A stretch of 64,000 nucleotides of DNA, taken from NCBI RefSeq assembly GCF_009914755.1, contig NC_060948.1; one strand, 5' to 3'. Below, in pieces: positions 24,326-41,033 of the stretch. How positions within the stretch are numbered: position 1 is the stretch's first letter; each line of letters opens with the position of its first letter. The DNA comes from the human T2T-CHM13v2.0 reference genome, Homo sapiens. The position numbers and the translations under genes are program-made. Under the pieces are notes generated by a model, which had not been told where the DNA came from, searched no databases, and saw nothing but the letters and a program-made list of their open reading frames with translations.

Positions 24326-24652
24326 CAGTGGTCCCCAACCTTTTTGGCACCATGGACCGGTTTCATGGAAGACAATTTTTCCGTGGACCTGGAGGTAGCA
24401 GGTGATGGTATAAGGATAAAATTGTTACACTCAGATCAGCATTTGATTCTTATAAGGAGTATGCTACCTAGATATCTTGCATGCATAGTTCACTGTAAGG
24501 TTGGAGCTGCTATAGAATTTAATGCCGCCACTGATCTGACCTGAGGAAGAGCAGTAATGTTCCCTGGACTGCCACTTACTTCCTGCTGTGTCTCGGTTCC
24601 TAACAGGCCACTGACATGTACTGGTCTGAGGCTTGGGGACTGGGGACCCCTG
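24326..24652 (-). mobile_element. MER1B-like (hAT-Charlie) non-autonomous DNA transposon
   Basis: TIRs CAGTGGTCCCCA / TGGGGACCCCTG; perfect 8-bp TSD AAGTAAAG (24318-24325 / 24653-24660). Confidence 0.9.
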
Positions 24653-24686
24653 AAGTAAAGGATTGTCATGGCTAAAACCTACAGAT

Positions 24687-24845
24687 AGGGCTAGCTACAT
24701 AATTTGTGAGACTTCATGCAAAATGAAAATTCAGGGAAACTTGTTCAAACATTATAAAGAATTTCAGCCGGTGATGGCAGAACAGCCCTTCTAAGAGTGT
24801 GACTGTACCACTGTACAGCTTGCATGCCCCTGAAACTGGCTCTGC
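24687..24845 (-). mobile_element. MER45A-like (hAT-Tip100)
   Basis: GCTACATAATTTG...TGCAAAATGAAAAT...TTGTTCAAA...AAGAATTTCA match the recalled consensus. Confidence 0.65.
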
Positions 24846-25631
24846 CTGTAGAACCTTGTGAACAAGATGACCCTGATTTTCTAATTCGCTAAGAAACACA
24901 TCAATGCCAGTTGATTCGATTGGCCTTGCTGGTTTAAGCTATGTGAAGAAATACACATGTAAAATGATGTACTTGAAAAACACTCATAATAGGATAGCTG
25001 CAGATGGCTGTCATTCCAATTTGTTAACAGGCAGATATCAAAATTGCAGAGTGGAACCTGTGTATAAGAATAGGGGAAAGGGTGGAAAATTGCAAAACAA
25101 CTGTACAGCCTTTGAGCAAAGAGGATTCGAGCCTTCTGATGTAGCTTTGAGTAGAGGGAGTGCATCTAGATAGCCTGACTGTGCTTAGCTGGGTGCTTAT
25201 GGAGATCCTCTTTTCGAAGGTGAAAGTGCAATTGGGTAGGAGACGGTGGAGATGTCAGAGCAAAGGAACAGCAGTCAGTTGTCCTTTCGAATTGCAGTGT
25301 GCCTGGGTCTTTTTTCTCTGGGTTTTCCTACCTGCAAGGGGACTGTCACTTCCTGATGCGGCTGAGGAGAGTGTAGAGCTTTGTTACAGGTTGTGTGTTA
25401 TCAATGCCTCCTGTCTTTCTGTGGCAGGATCCTGGCTGGGGAGGGAGAACTCGTGTGCTAAAAGAGCACTGGAAAAGACAAGAGAGGCCGGAGCAGCCAT
25501 TCCAAAGCTAAAAAGGCTGAGTCAAGAGGCTCGGGGCAAATCATGGGGAAAGAAAGAGGTTAAGACGCAAGTCTATTTTGAATAAATCACTCACTGTGGG
25601 CGTGCAAAGCTTATTAGAAAAACAAACGCCT

Positions 25632-27700
<2,069 letters not shown>

Positions 27701-28660
27701 GTCATTCTTACCTCTGTCTGTAGGTGCCCACCTGTTCCAAGTTTCCACCGTCTCGCCTCAGGGAAATTCTGGGGGGACCAAAAGGAGAGGTAGGTGCTTG
27801 TTAGGAAGGCTGGCTTCCTGGCTGGGCGGGAACTGGAAAGCAAACCCTTGGCTCTTAATCTCGGGGCCTCTCCTGCCGGGGAGGGGAGGGGGTCAAGTGA
27901 GGGCCCTGGAAATTAAGCTGCCAGAGGAGGCGATATTATAAGGGTGGAGTGTGGAAGTGGTTCCCCGTAGCCCTTGGGGACGATCTTAAACCTGCTGGCA
28001 AAGCTGGCGCGTGCTCGAGTGTGCCCGTTGTGTTTGTTCTAAATAATAGAAGGAGCGTCTCCGGGGAGTCAGAGAAATGGGCACACTCTGCACTCCTCCT
28101 GAGTCTTCAGGGAATGGAAGACCCAGTGCTCACTTCTGTGGTGAAATTACCCAGACATCCTGGATAGAGCCAGGAGAGAGCCCGTCCCCAGTCACCTTGT
28201 TTCCAACCCTCTGTGCCCTACCATGAAAGTCGCTCTCCTGAGAAGATGCCACACTATTGCAGAAAACAAAACAGAGCAGCCTATTCCCGGGGAATAGGCT
28301 TTTTTTTTTTTTTTTTTTTTTCAATTAAATTGTCAGTGCTGTTATTTATTTGTTTTACAGTTTCAGTGGCTAAAGCAGCAGCTTAGATGAAGCCATTTCC
28401 CCGAGAAAGGCATGATTTCTCTTCGGAAGAAAAACTGCTGACAGAATGCACATTGCTGGAGAATCCCAATTACATTTTAATTAGCTGGGGGTGACATAAG
28501 CTGCAAATTAGTTAGGACTTAATAAGTGCTGTGTTTGTCATCAATTGCAAGGCCATTCTTCAAGCTTTAACCCTAACCTGGTAATGCTTAAATTGATTTA
28601 TCTAAATGGCAGGGATTAAGCTTTCTTAAGATCTGAAAAGACAGCAACACACTCTCTTTA

Positions 28661-29057
<397 letters not shown>

Positions 29058-29069
29058 AGAAGGAAGATG

Positions 29070-29182
29070 GGCCGGATGCAGTGGCTCAAGGACTGTAATC
29101 CCTGTACTTGAGGCAGGCGGATCATTTGAGGTCAGGAGTTGGAGACCAGTGTGGCCAACATAGTGGAACCCCATGTCCACCA
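29070..29182 (+). mobile_element. Alu left arm fragment
   Basis: GGCCGGATGCAGTGGCTCA...GGAGACCAGTGTGGCCAACATAGTG. Confidence 0.85.
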
Positions 29183-30939
29183 ACTCATGACACCGCATGT
29201 GGTGTTTATTAATCTACTTGTAAAGGCTGGGCTACAAGAAGTCTTAGGAAGACTCTTTTTCTACAGGGTCACCCCACACCTCCAACTCCTGCAAATGAGC
29301 CCATCCAGAAAGCTGTCTCTGGAGCACATGCCTGTTTCCATCTTCTCTTGCACAGTTTCAGGCCATGTTTAAGGATGGGAGAAGATTGCCTGGCCTCCAG
29401 CCTGGATGCCAGCCAGGTATGTGGACTTTCAAGTATGAAAGCTGTCAGGCTTTGCCTCAGGAGAGCACAACTTATGCACTTGTGGTATAGGCAGTGACTC
29501 AGATTCCCTGGGGCTGTGACCTGCTGTTGTCAGCCTGCTGTGACTTTCCTCTTCAGCAGAGGAATCTAGACTCTAATAGTCTCCGCCCTAGTTGTCCCCA
29601 CTTTTCTCCACTGCCCAGCACTTCAGCAACAAGACAGAAAAGCAGTGGGTAGATGTGCATACCTAGTACCTCCAGGTCTGCAGGCTGCTTCTGCCACACC
29701 TGCATGCAGTGGCTGTCAACCACTCCTGAAAACACAAGGGACTCAGTACTGAGGCATGAAGGTGGGAATGCAAACCAAGAGTACCTGAGTAATCCAGCAC
29801 TGCTCTGACCTGGAATTCTTTAGAATGTCATACAGAAAGGAAGATGGGATGGAAACCCAATTATTTCACAACTGAATGCTTCCCTTCATTCATGAAAAGG
29901 AACAGTGAATGTTACCACCTCCTGAAATGTCGGTATCTGGCTCCAGGATGCTTTGTCCAGGGCATTCAGCATGGAGCTAATTCAGGCTCAAAAATATAAT
30001 ACATGTAGGAGGTTAGCAGAGTGAAGAGGAGCTATGAGTCTGTGAGCTATGGAACAGGGAAGTGGGCTTTGGGGCTGGGCAGATCTGCTCTGCACCCAGG
30101 CTCTGCTGCTTTGTATATGGGTAGGTAGGGTGGATTACACCATCTTCCTGAATATCAACCCCTCATGCATCCAGTGGGGGACAGAAGCACCTGCCCTGCA
30201 AGATGCAATCAGGACACGAAACGTGTTGGAATAATATACGCAATGGTAATACAGCAGCTCGCTCTGCCTGGAAGATTACTAAGAAGCAGCCACTCTGCTG
30301 GGTGTTTTACAAGTTTTACATCACATTTTATGTTCTAACCTGGCTGGTATGTTTCAGTGAATGGTATAAAATGTTAGGACTACGGTAGAGAGACTTATGA
30401 AAGTGTTATGGGGCACTGCTTGTATTAAATCTATGGATAAGTTTGTACTGCTTTCCAGAACCCTGACTCTTACACCATTTTTGGGGGAGGGGAGGTTTTG
30501 GACAGCAGTTAATGAAGCATATCCATATTATCCAAAGGCATTTTATCTATGAAATATGACCAGAAAAAACTGAAAGTGCATCATGCAATGCCTTGTGTAA
30601 ACCATAGAATTTCTGTGCATGGTCTAAGCTTACAGAGCCTTAGGATTCTGGTCAGCTACTTTTCAACATTTCTATTTAACTTACCCTGGGCTCCATATTT
30701 TGAAAGCAGGTTGTGTATCAACATGTGACATTTGTTAAGTATGACCTAGTTTTTCCTCTTTTCATTAATCAAATATATCCATAACTCTTTCAAGCTTTAG
30801 ATTATCTTTAGGTCTCCTCCATGACCAGAGGCAATTAATAAAATGAATACTTTGCACCATCATCTTAGGAAAATGGGTTATTTTGGGGAGTTTTCTGAAA
30901 TATTTTAAAAGAGGTGATAAATGCCAATTCCTTTTCCAG

Positions 30940-31690
30940 TAGAAGGAAATTGGGTGGGTACGTGTACCACCAGTCAGGATGTTGTTGGTGGAATGATATT
31001 TTTTAAGCCGTCTTCCATAACACCAGCAACCTTTTCAGTTGTCCTCACCTGTGCAACTGTGGTGCAAAACTGCCTCCAGAAGCCAATAAGTGAGTGAGAA
31101 ATGCCATCCTGGTTCCCTGACAACTGACTGCTTCTGGATCATAACAGAGTGCTGTTTCCACTCTGTCTTCTCTCACTGTTAACATTCTAAGAAGTGGGTT
31201 CATTGAGTTCAAACATCTAGGAATGCAACAATAAAGACTTGAGTTTCTGCTATGGAGCCTTTGCAATCTCACTCTCAGGCCTTCAGTTTTCTTATCTGTA
31301 AAAGAAAATAACATTCCTGACCTCACAGAGTAGTTGGAACAGTCAAATATGTAGTTTATGTGAAACAACTTTGTCAACCCCAAAACTCTGCAAAACACAA
31401 TGCTAAACACCTTCAATCCTGTGGCTCAGAAATTCCAGAAAGCTTCTGAGTCAGACCCCACTGATTCAGAAGTTGTGTCCAACTGTAAGCCAAGAGACGA
31501 ACAGCCTCCTTTTCCCCCTTCTTACTCACTTATTGGCTTCTGGAGGCAGTTTTGCACCACAGTTGCACAGGTGAGGACAACTGAAAATGTTGCTGGTGTT
31601 ATGGAAGAAGGCTTGAAAAATATCAGTCCATCAACAACATCCTGGTGTTATTGATGGACTGGTGCATGTACCCACCCAATTCTTCTTCTA
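30940..31690. repeat. Long inverted repeat: arms 30940-31100 and 31519-31690, ~420-bp spacer containing a MIR fragment
   Basis: TTTTCAGTTGTCCTCACCTGTGCAACTGTGGTGCAAAACTGCCTCCAGAAGCCAATAAGTGAGT has an exact reverse complement in the right arm. Confidence 0.95.
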
Positions 31691-31801
31691 ACCCATAAGA
31701 ATCTGCAAAATACAACCATCTTTCAGGTATCTTAGATTGTGAGACCCCAGCATATGTGAGATGTGCTTCTTGGCTCCACAACAATTAATTTCTTTAAAAA
31801 G

Positions 31802-32115
31802 TTTTTTTTTTTATTTTTATTTTTTAGACAAGATCTCCCTTTGTCACTTAGGCTGAAGTGGCATGATTATATCTCACTGTAGCTTTGCACTCATAGGCTC
31901 AAGAAATCCTCTCACCTCAGCCTCCTGACTAAATAGGACTATAGGTATATAAAGTCCATACCTGGCTAATAGTTTTTTCTAAGTTTTTTTTTTTTTCCTA
32001 GAGATGAGATCTTTCTATGTTGATCAGGCTAGTTTCAAACTCCTGGCCTCCAGTGATCCTCTTGCCTCAGCCTCCCAAAGTACTGAGATTACAGGTGTGA
32101 GGCACCGTGACTGGT
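31802..32115 (-). mobile_element. AluJ
   Basis: Diverged antisense Alu dimer. Confidence 0.87.
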
Positions 32116-33019
32116 TAAGATAATTATTTTCTACTGGAGAGGCATTTAATAAAATTGCTGCAAGTTGTTGACATGAAGAAAGAAACTATTTTGAACATGA
32201 ATCGACTTTTAAATCCTTAAATATAGTAATTTAACATGATCAAAGGTATTGATATTTTTCAGATGAAGAAAGTCTTTTTTCCTTTTGTCAATTGTTTTTG
32301 TTTAGGCCCATCCAATTTTCCATGCCTGTAATGAAATGGCAGAGTTTTATCGAGATTCTTGGGTAAATGTTCCAAGAAACTGGAGTCCTGCATATCACAG
32401 GGGATGTTTGCTGTCTGTGAATAATAAGTCACAATGTCTGCCTTCTCAGCTGTGTTGCTGTTGTGTACGGTGGTGGGACATGTGTGGTAATTGTAGCTTA
32501 TATGTATGTGACAGCCATTTCCACAAGCTGAGAGTGCCTGACAGGCTTGCTTCACTGTCTTTTGTTTGGGGTTTGGGTGTGTGTGTGTGCGTTTACATTT
32601 TATAATTTTTTCTGGCATCTCTGCAAAATATAAAGTTAGGCAATGAGGAAATCTTTCAAAAAAAGAATTTTGAAACTTGTCAAGCCTGCTCCTGAGACCA
32701 AGATGGTAAAGATGTGAAGTTTGGGGGTTCTTTAATCCCCAAAGCTGTAAAACCTTTCCACAGGGGAGTCTGAGAAACAATACCCCATCAAAAGGCTTAG
32801 AAAGAATCCAGCAACTAATTGAAAGTCTTAATTCACATTCTGTTTACCCTTTTTTTTTAAATTGTAACTTTTTTATTTCATAGGGTTTTATTGCTCTTCA
32901 GGAAAATAATATTGCGTTAGTGAGCTCAAAAATATATAATTATGTGTTTCATATTAATTACCCTCCTTCTTGTAAAGATAAGGCAGATATGTTATCACTA
33001 CTTAAAAGGTCATATAATG

Positions 33020-33620
<601 letters not shown>

Positions 33621-34116
33621 ACCTAATGTATGGTGATATTAATTTGTATTTAAGGGGGATGTTTTTTCCTAATTCCAATGAACATGATTTCAATCACCTT
33701 AAGGGAACAATATGTCTTTCTCGTACTTCTATTTATTATCCAATGATCATGGATTACATTTTGACTTTCATAGCTAATTTTTGGTTACATCTGGAGATGT
33801 GGCAATTTCATAAAGTTCAGAAGAGAAGGCAAAACAGAAAGCCTATTTGATGGAATTAGAAACATTAATTTTGCAAAGTAATCCAAGGGATTCTTTTCCC
33901 TTGGATTAGATGGGAATTCATTTCTTATGAAATGTATGAATGTTTTCTCCTCATTTTTGTTCTCAGTTCACAACTTTTTTTTTTCTTAATTCACTATAGG
34001 ATTCTGGTACATTAATAATTCATATGTTTCGTACACACAACATTAATTTTGGTATTCTTTCTTCTCTCCAGTGCAAACAAGGTGTCTATCTAACAATAAA
34101 CCCCATGAGTTACATT

Positions 34117-34708
<592 letters not shown>

Positions 34709-35790
34709 TAAAAATAAAAATAAATCTCTCAGGTTAAAAGCAATTTCACCTATTCACTGTGTAACTGTTGAGTTCTTTGAATAGTTCATTCAAAGAAAGT
34801 TTATTTACTCTTGTTTAATTCTGTAATAGGGCATAATTTCAAGAGACAGTCTTATCTAGACTTACACAAATGTCCCAGCCTCTGTCTTTAAATGCCTATG
34901 CTATTGGAAGTAACAAGATTCTTCTGAAATGTGGATGCCTTGTTATACCACGTAGACCAGAAAGTAAGTTGACCAAAACCTGTAAACCAAAAATACAGAG
35001 AGAGATTTTGAACAGGATACACAGCTTATATTGATACCTGTCACCCCATCAGGTAACTCAGGTCCTCAGTGCTGTTATAACAAGCCCAGTATAACAAAGA
35101 GGGTCATTAGCTTGCTTTCCAACTGATAAGACTCATGCAGACTGCAAATTGAAAGATGCTTTACAGTCATAGGAAATAGTGATAATAGAATCATCCCCAC
35201 AACTGGAAGTGTAGGAATACTTTCTGAAAACTCTGCAGACAACTTCTGATGTGGTGCTTAGATTTCCACCTTTTATTCTTCATGGCTGGATACTTACTTT
35301 TGTCTCTGCCTGCTGTGTTTTATTTCTTGCTTGGTGGTCATTTCTCCCCAGTGGACAGAGTTTTGCTCATTGTAGAAGCGTAAGTGTACCTAAAACTAGG
35401 AGCAGAGAACTACGCAGTTGTAAGGAGATGTGATGGCCACCAGACAACAGAGGTTACCCATTCCTGCCATATGAATGACCACATAAAGGCAGAATCACAA
35501 ACCACATCACAGCATTGGCTCCTGTCCCCTAGAGTCAAAACCAATCCTGTAGAAGCCAATCCTGTTGATGCCAATAATGACAAGTTCATACAGAAGTTAT
35601 TGACTCTTTTCAGAGAGAATGAAAAGAAAATGGGAGGCCAGTTGCCAACTGTGGTTCTTTAAATTTCATCTGTGGCAAAAAGGGACAGAGATGTCACCTA
35701 GGGTGGTGTCCACCATCAAAAACAGTCATTGAAGGTGGCTACTTTGTTTCCCATTTCCTTTTCCATGTTTTGGGCTATTAAAGCTATCTG

Positions 35791-35942
35791 GGGCCAGGCG
35801 TGGTAGCTCATGCCTGTACTCCCAGTGCTTTGAGAGGCTGAGGTAGGAAGATCGCCTGAGTCCAGGTGTTCGAGGCTGCATTGAGCTCCAGTGGTACCAC
35901 TGCACTCCAGTTGGTTGACAAGAGTTAGGCCATATTCTCAAC
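35791..35942 (+). mobile_element. Alu monomer (FAM/FRAM-like)
   Basis: GGGCCAGGCGTGGTAGCTCATGCCTGTA...CGAGGCTGCA. Confidence 0.75.
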
Positions 35943-36049
35943 ACAGAAAAGTCATTTCGAACTAGAACTTTGCCTTGAAAATCTAAAATTTGTGTCCCAC
36001 ATATCCTTGATGGATAGTGCCATCATATCTTTTGTTTAATCATTTATTT

Positions 36050-36420
36050 TTTAAATTTTAATTTTTATTTATTTAATTTATTTATTTATTGAGGTTGGGT
36101 CTCACTCTGTCACCCAGGCTGGAGTGCAGTGGTGGAATAATGGCTCACAGCAGCCTCAAACTCACTGGCTTAAGTGATCCCTCCACCTCAGCCTTCCAAG
36201 TAGCTGGGACTATAGGCATGCACCACCATGCTTGGCTAATTTTTTAACTTTTTGTAGAGACAGGTTCTTACTATATTGCCTAGGTTTGAGTTTTTCTTTT
36301 ATTAAAATAGAGACAGGGCTTTGCTATGTTGCCCAGGGTGGTCTTGAACTTCTGGCCTCAAGAGATCTTCCCATCTGGGGCTTCCAAAAGTGCTGGGATT
36401 ACAGCACTGTGCCCAGTCAG
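36050..36420 (-). mobile_element. AluJ-like sequences (compound)
   Basis: Antisense Alu with a duplicated left-arm 3' part. Confidence 0.82.
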
Positions 36421-36793
36421 CCCGTCACATCTTTGAGTAGGAATGTATTCTATCTTCTTGCTCTCTTCTGCTCTCTCTTTTTTTTTCCCTTTTCCCTCTC
36501 CCTCTCTTTCTATTTTGACATTTGGCTCTACCATTTTGAAAGCAGTACAGCCAAACCTAGTAGTGGTCATCATTCCAGAAATGGCCTGCATCTGGGAAAT
36601 ACTTTTTTTCCCCATTGGGCCAGAATTTAAAAGAAAGTAGAGAACATCTTTTAGTTGTTTTTGTTGTTTCCACATTTTTATGTCCAGAGTAATGAGCTAA
36701 TGTCCTCACAACTGCAAAGATATTTTCTAAAAAATCTGGGTAGAATATATTCTCTGCTTAAGTATCACAATCAACATTAGAAAAATATTTAGA

Positions 36794-37083
36794 GGCCGGG
36801 TGTGGTGAATTAAGCCTGTAATCCCAGCACTCTGGGAGGCTGGGGCTGGCGGATCACGAGGTCAGGAGATCGAGACCGTCCTGGCCAACTGGCAAAACCC
36901 TGTCTAAAAAAATTAGCCGGGTTTGGTGGTGTGCACCTGCAGTCCCAGCTAATTGGGAATGGCTTGCTGAGGCAGGGGAATGGCTTGAACCCGGGAGGCA
37001 GAGGTTGCGGTGAGCAGAGGTTATCCCACTGCACTCTAGCTTGGTGACACAGAGAGATCGCGTCTCAAAAAAAAAAAAAAAGA
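36794..37083 (+). mobile_element. Alu (Sc/Y-like)
   Basis: TSD AAAAATATTTAGA; GATCGAGACC diagnostic. Confidence 0.93.
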
Positions 37084-37344
37084 AAAAATATTTAGAGGTG
37101 AAACCATGTTAGACTAGTTGGCCATCAGTATTTTCATTTTTCTATTATCTAGGACCCATAGATTTTTGTAATATTTTAAACCTATTTTTAATAGGGCAAG
37201 ATTTGCCTACTCTAGTTCCATTTATTACTCTACAATGTTGAAAAAATGATGGAGGTTCATTTTTTACATAACCACATGAAATTAGAGCTGGACTTCAATT
37301 TCCATATATTTTTCTGTGTGTATATTATACATGTGTGTCTAGTT

Positions 37345-37556
37345 TAGGGGTTTGTTAAACTTGGCACTTTGAACGTTTTGGAGCAGATTCTTCTTTTTTG
37401 AGTGGAGGGGCTGTCCTGTGCATTTCAATGGTTCTGCCCGGCCTCTCCCAACTCAATGCTGGTACCATCCTTCCCACCCCTAGTCATGAGATAACTGTTG
37501 TCTCCAAACATCACAATGTGTTCTAGGGGCACAGTCACCTTTGTTGAAAACCACTG
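37345..37556 (-). mobile_element. MER20
   Basis: GGGGCTGTCCTGTGCAT...TGTCTCCAAACAT...GTTGAAAACCACTG. Confidence 0.75.
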
Positions 37557-38659
37557 CTCTAGTCCTGTCTCTTTCTACTGAATATCTCTCTGGATCTATG
37601 TAATGTGTGTCTGCTTCAATATCTGTATTGGGATCTCCATATCTATGTCTGTGTCACCTTCCATCTCTGTCTCTGGGTCTGTATTTCTGTGTCTATCTCT
37701 ATTTATGTATATGTTTTGCTTGCACTCTATGGCAGATATTCTGGCAGGCATGACATGGTTTAGCTTCTGGTTCTCAGGAAACGTTAAGGATCTGTGCTGT
37801 GTCAGACTCTGCTAAGTGCTGGAGTTGGCAGATGACCAGGCATGCACCTCCATTCCTGAGGGATTTTAGCTGGTGTTGGGCTTCTGGGGTGCACAGACAA
37901 GGGAGGCATCAGGTGGCACTAGCTCAGAGATGGGAAGCCATGAGAGGTGATGGTGGGGTAATCCAGAGCACAGTGTGTATCTAGAGCGCTGGTGCCTTAC
38001 TCTGATTCTGTCCCTTTCTACACTTAGATCTCTGCTGTATGTAACTCTGGAATTAAAACTGATGCTATGAACTCTCTTGCTTATGGGGAGATATGGACAT
38101 CCTCATTCATACTCAGAGGAGAAGGTTGCCCTGAGATCACCACAAAAGGACAGGGTTAGCCTGACAAGTTTTCATCTTCTGAATAAATGAGACCTTTTAG
38201 AGTTCTGTTAAGTTTCTCTCTCTTAAACAGAAACCTCACTTTCCTTGTGTCTTTAGCAACCCTGATTGTGAAGGTGTGTTGTGGCATGTGAGCATGATTG
38301 TATAAGTAGATGGATGGTTTTACCTGTGAGCAGAGTTGTGCAAACTTAGTTATGCTGCATCTTCTTCTTTAAATTCACATTATCCTTATTTCTGTTGGTG
38401 AGCTGGTCCTAAGGTATCCTGTTTTGGGGACTTCTTTGCAAGTAAACTTCTTTTCCTTTCTGAAGACTGTTTCTCTGCCCTCTCTCTCAGACCTTTGCCT
38501 ACATTTTGATGGTGGTGCTGCTTCAAAGAGTTTTCTGGGATGCCATGCAATTTACTCAGAACAGAGCCTCTTATTTGGCTCTACAGACATGCTGGCTGTC
38601 ATCAGGTTGAGTGAGGCCCAGAGGGTGTGCCTGGTGGTCACGATCCTGGGATTCAAATA

Positions 38660-38785
38660 TAGTGTGGTACATGCCTGTAGCCCCAGCCGCTTGAGAGGTT
38701 GAGGAGGGATGATCACAGCCCAGGAGTTCTCATCTAGCCTGGGCAACATGGTGAGACCCACATTGCTACAAAAGATAAAATAAAA
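38660..38785 (+). mobile_element. Alu monomer (FLAM-like)
   Basis: Left-arm-like sequence with an A-rich tail. Confidence 0.75.
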
Positions 38786-38988
38786 TGAACAGTGTGTAAC
38801 CCTAGATCCCCAGAGCCCTACAGTCTGGTCTGAGAGACCCCTCCACCTCCAAAAAAAGAGATTTAAAAACTTAAACTTTTAATTTAATAGACTTATTCCA
38901 GTTTGTTTTGAAGTATCTAGTTCAGTAGAGCATGACATGTAGATCTCTCATGTGTGCTTTTGTTAGTTACTTACAGATTTCCTATTCT

Positions 38989-39298
38989 GGGTGGCCGTGG
39001 TGGCTCAAGCCTGTCATCCCAGTGCTTTGGGAGACTGAGATGGGAGGATCACTTGAGGTTGAAAGTTTGAGATCAGCCTGCATATCAAAGTGAGAGCCCA
39101 TATCTACAAAAAAAAAAAAAAAAAAAAAATAGGCATGGTGTTGCATGCCTCCTCTAATCCTTGCTACTTGGGAGGCTGAGGCGGAAGGATTGCTTGAGCC
39201 CAGAAGGTTGAGGCTACAGTGAGCTATGATTATGATTCAGCCTCTGAACTCCAGCTGAGGTGACAGAGAGATCTTGTCTCCTTAAAAAAAAAAAAAAA
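38989..39298 (+). mobile_element. AluJ
   Basis: GGATTGCTTGAGCCCAG, GAGGCTACAGTGAGCTATGAT. Confidence 0.9.
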
Positions 39299-41033
39299 GA
39301 TTTCTTATTTCCATATGATGCATATGATAAGATCAAGTAGAATTTTAAATTGAAATTTGAAATCCTGGATAAATATTGTGTAAGGTTAAAGAAAAAAGTA
39401 ATTTAATTTCAGAGAATGTGTTCTATTGGGAAAACATACCTGACTTTTCAGACATGCTTCTAATTCTGCAATGAACCCATTTTTCTTGGGATGAATTTTA
39501 TTTTTTTGCAAATTAAACTTTTTTTCTTGGGGTTATTGCTCTTTTGATTTGTATTACATTTAATCCTTGTGCTTCCCTACTGAACATTTTTCTCAAGTGG
39601 TTTTTCTCAAGTGGTCCTTCATTAAAACATGTGGTCTTTTGAAGTTTATATTAAAATAACCCAGAATCATGATGAATGGTTTAGAATGTAAATCAGGGCA
39701 TAATAGACAAGAGGTGCTCTAGTTTAATGAATTATTCTGCACTCTTTAATGAATAATAAATTAGCATAATGAAAAAGTGTTTATCACAAGAAAACAGTGG
39801 GACAAAAATCTGACACTTAGTAAAGTCAATTAGAAGGGGAAAAACACATACTTTTAGTCATGTTTTTACCCACTTGGACATTCCCTACTACAAATGAAGC
39901 TCAACTAAGTCCTACATCTCCTAGTTTACAAGTGTATAGCAAGGTGGATGTTTTGCTTTACCATGAAAACAACAACTTCTAGGAATTACCAGGGATATTC
40001 CAAAATGTGTTGTTAAAATGTTCAGTAGGGAAGCACATGGAAATGACAGTTTTTATCTCTGGTGCCTAGTAAGTTTTTTTCCAATTAGTTTTTTTAAATG
40101 GTAATAGTGATAATAACAATAGTTCTCAACTCATGTTATCCAGTACTCTTAATATGTGTAAGTAGTTGATAACATTAATCCTTAGCTTTTGCTTGTCAAC
40201 ATGCCAGATACCAGACAGTTATGCACCTTGTGGGAATAACTAAATATACATAACATATTGCAGCTGTCAAGCCTTGCAGCTGTCAGGCCTCTATTTTGAA
40301 AAATAATTGGGTGATGGAGAGGGCCTTTAAAGTCTGCTTTGCACTCTTTTGCTAAAGTCTACTTTTGCCTCACTGTCATCCCCAGCAAGAAATTACATGT
40401 TTCTACAGTTGCTCTATATGAAAATGGCCAGACACTGAGATGAGGCCAGGACAGCAGAGGCCAGCAAGGTCTAGACCAGCCAAATGTTGTTACCTTGAGT
40501 GTCAGTCTTGCAGAAAAAGAAACCAGCCCATGCAAAGATCAACTTAGTACTTTACAGAGAGGATTGTTCTTTTTTAGTGACTAGAATCCTGTAAGAGACT
40601 TGTAAGAGCTGAATGATGGTCTCAGTCATTTACTAGGGATGCTTAGAGGACAGACAACAAAGGGAGTCATTTGGAGTGTATTTCACGAAGTCACGTGAAG
40701 CAAAGGAAGACACATTATCTGAAGGTTAGAGTAAGCATCTCAGGCTTGCGTGGGGATCAGCCATATTTGGACAACTTGTAAAACAGCTCACTGCTCTCCA
40801 GCCCAGGAGTTTTGATTCTACTAGTGTAAGGTGTATCACCAGAATTTGCAAAAGCTTCTAGGTGAGGCTGATGTCACTGGTTCCAGTACCACACTTTGAA
40901 AGCCACTGTTTCAGTTAGTCATGATGTCAGGCTTCTCTCTGGTGCCTTTCTCTGCTTGATAAGAGGTGCCAAGTTCTAGCTTTGGAATTGTCCATTCTCC
41001 ATCCCCCAGCTTGGACATTCTTCGAGCAGTCTT

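Noticed and set aside
28278-28322. Rho-independent terminator-like hairpin plus U-tract
   Set aside because: The context is eukaryotic and intronic, with no bacterial gene or Pol III promoter seen upstream.
32259-32780. 173-aa minus-strand ORF in unique sequence
   Set aside because: Non-ATG start, spans a (CA)n repeat, and shows no recognisable homology or exon signals.
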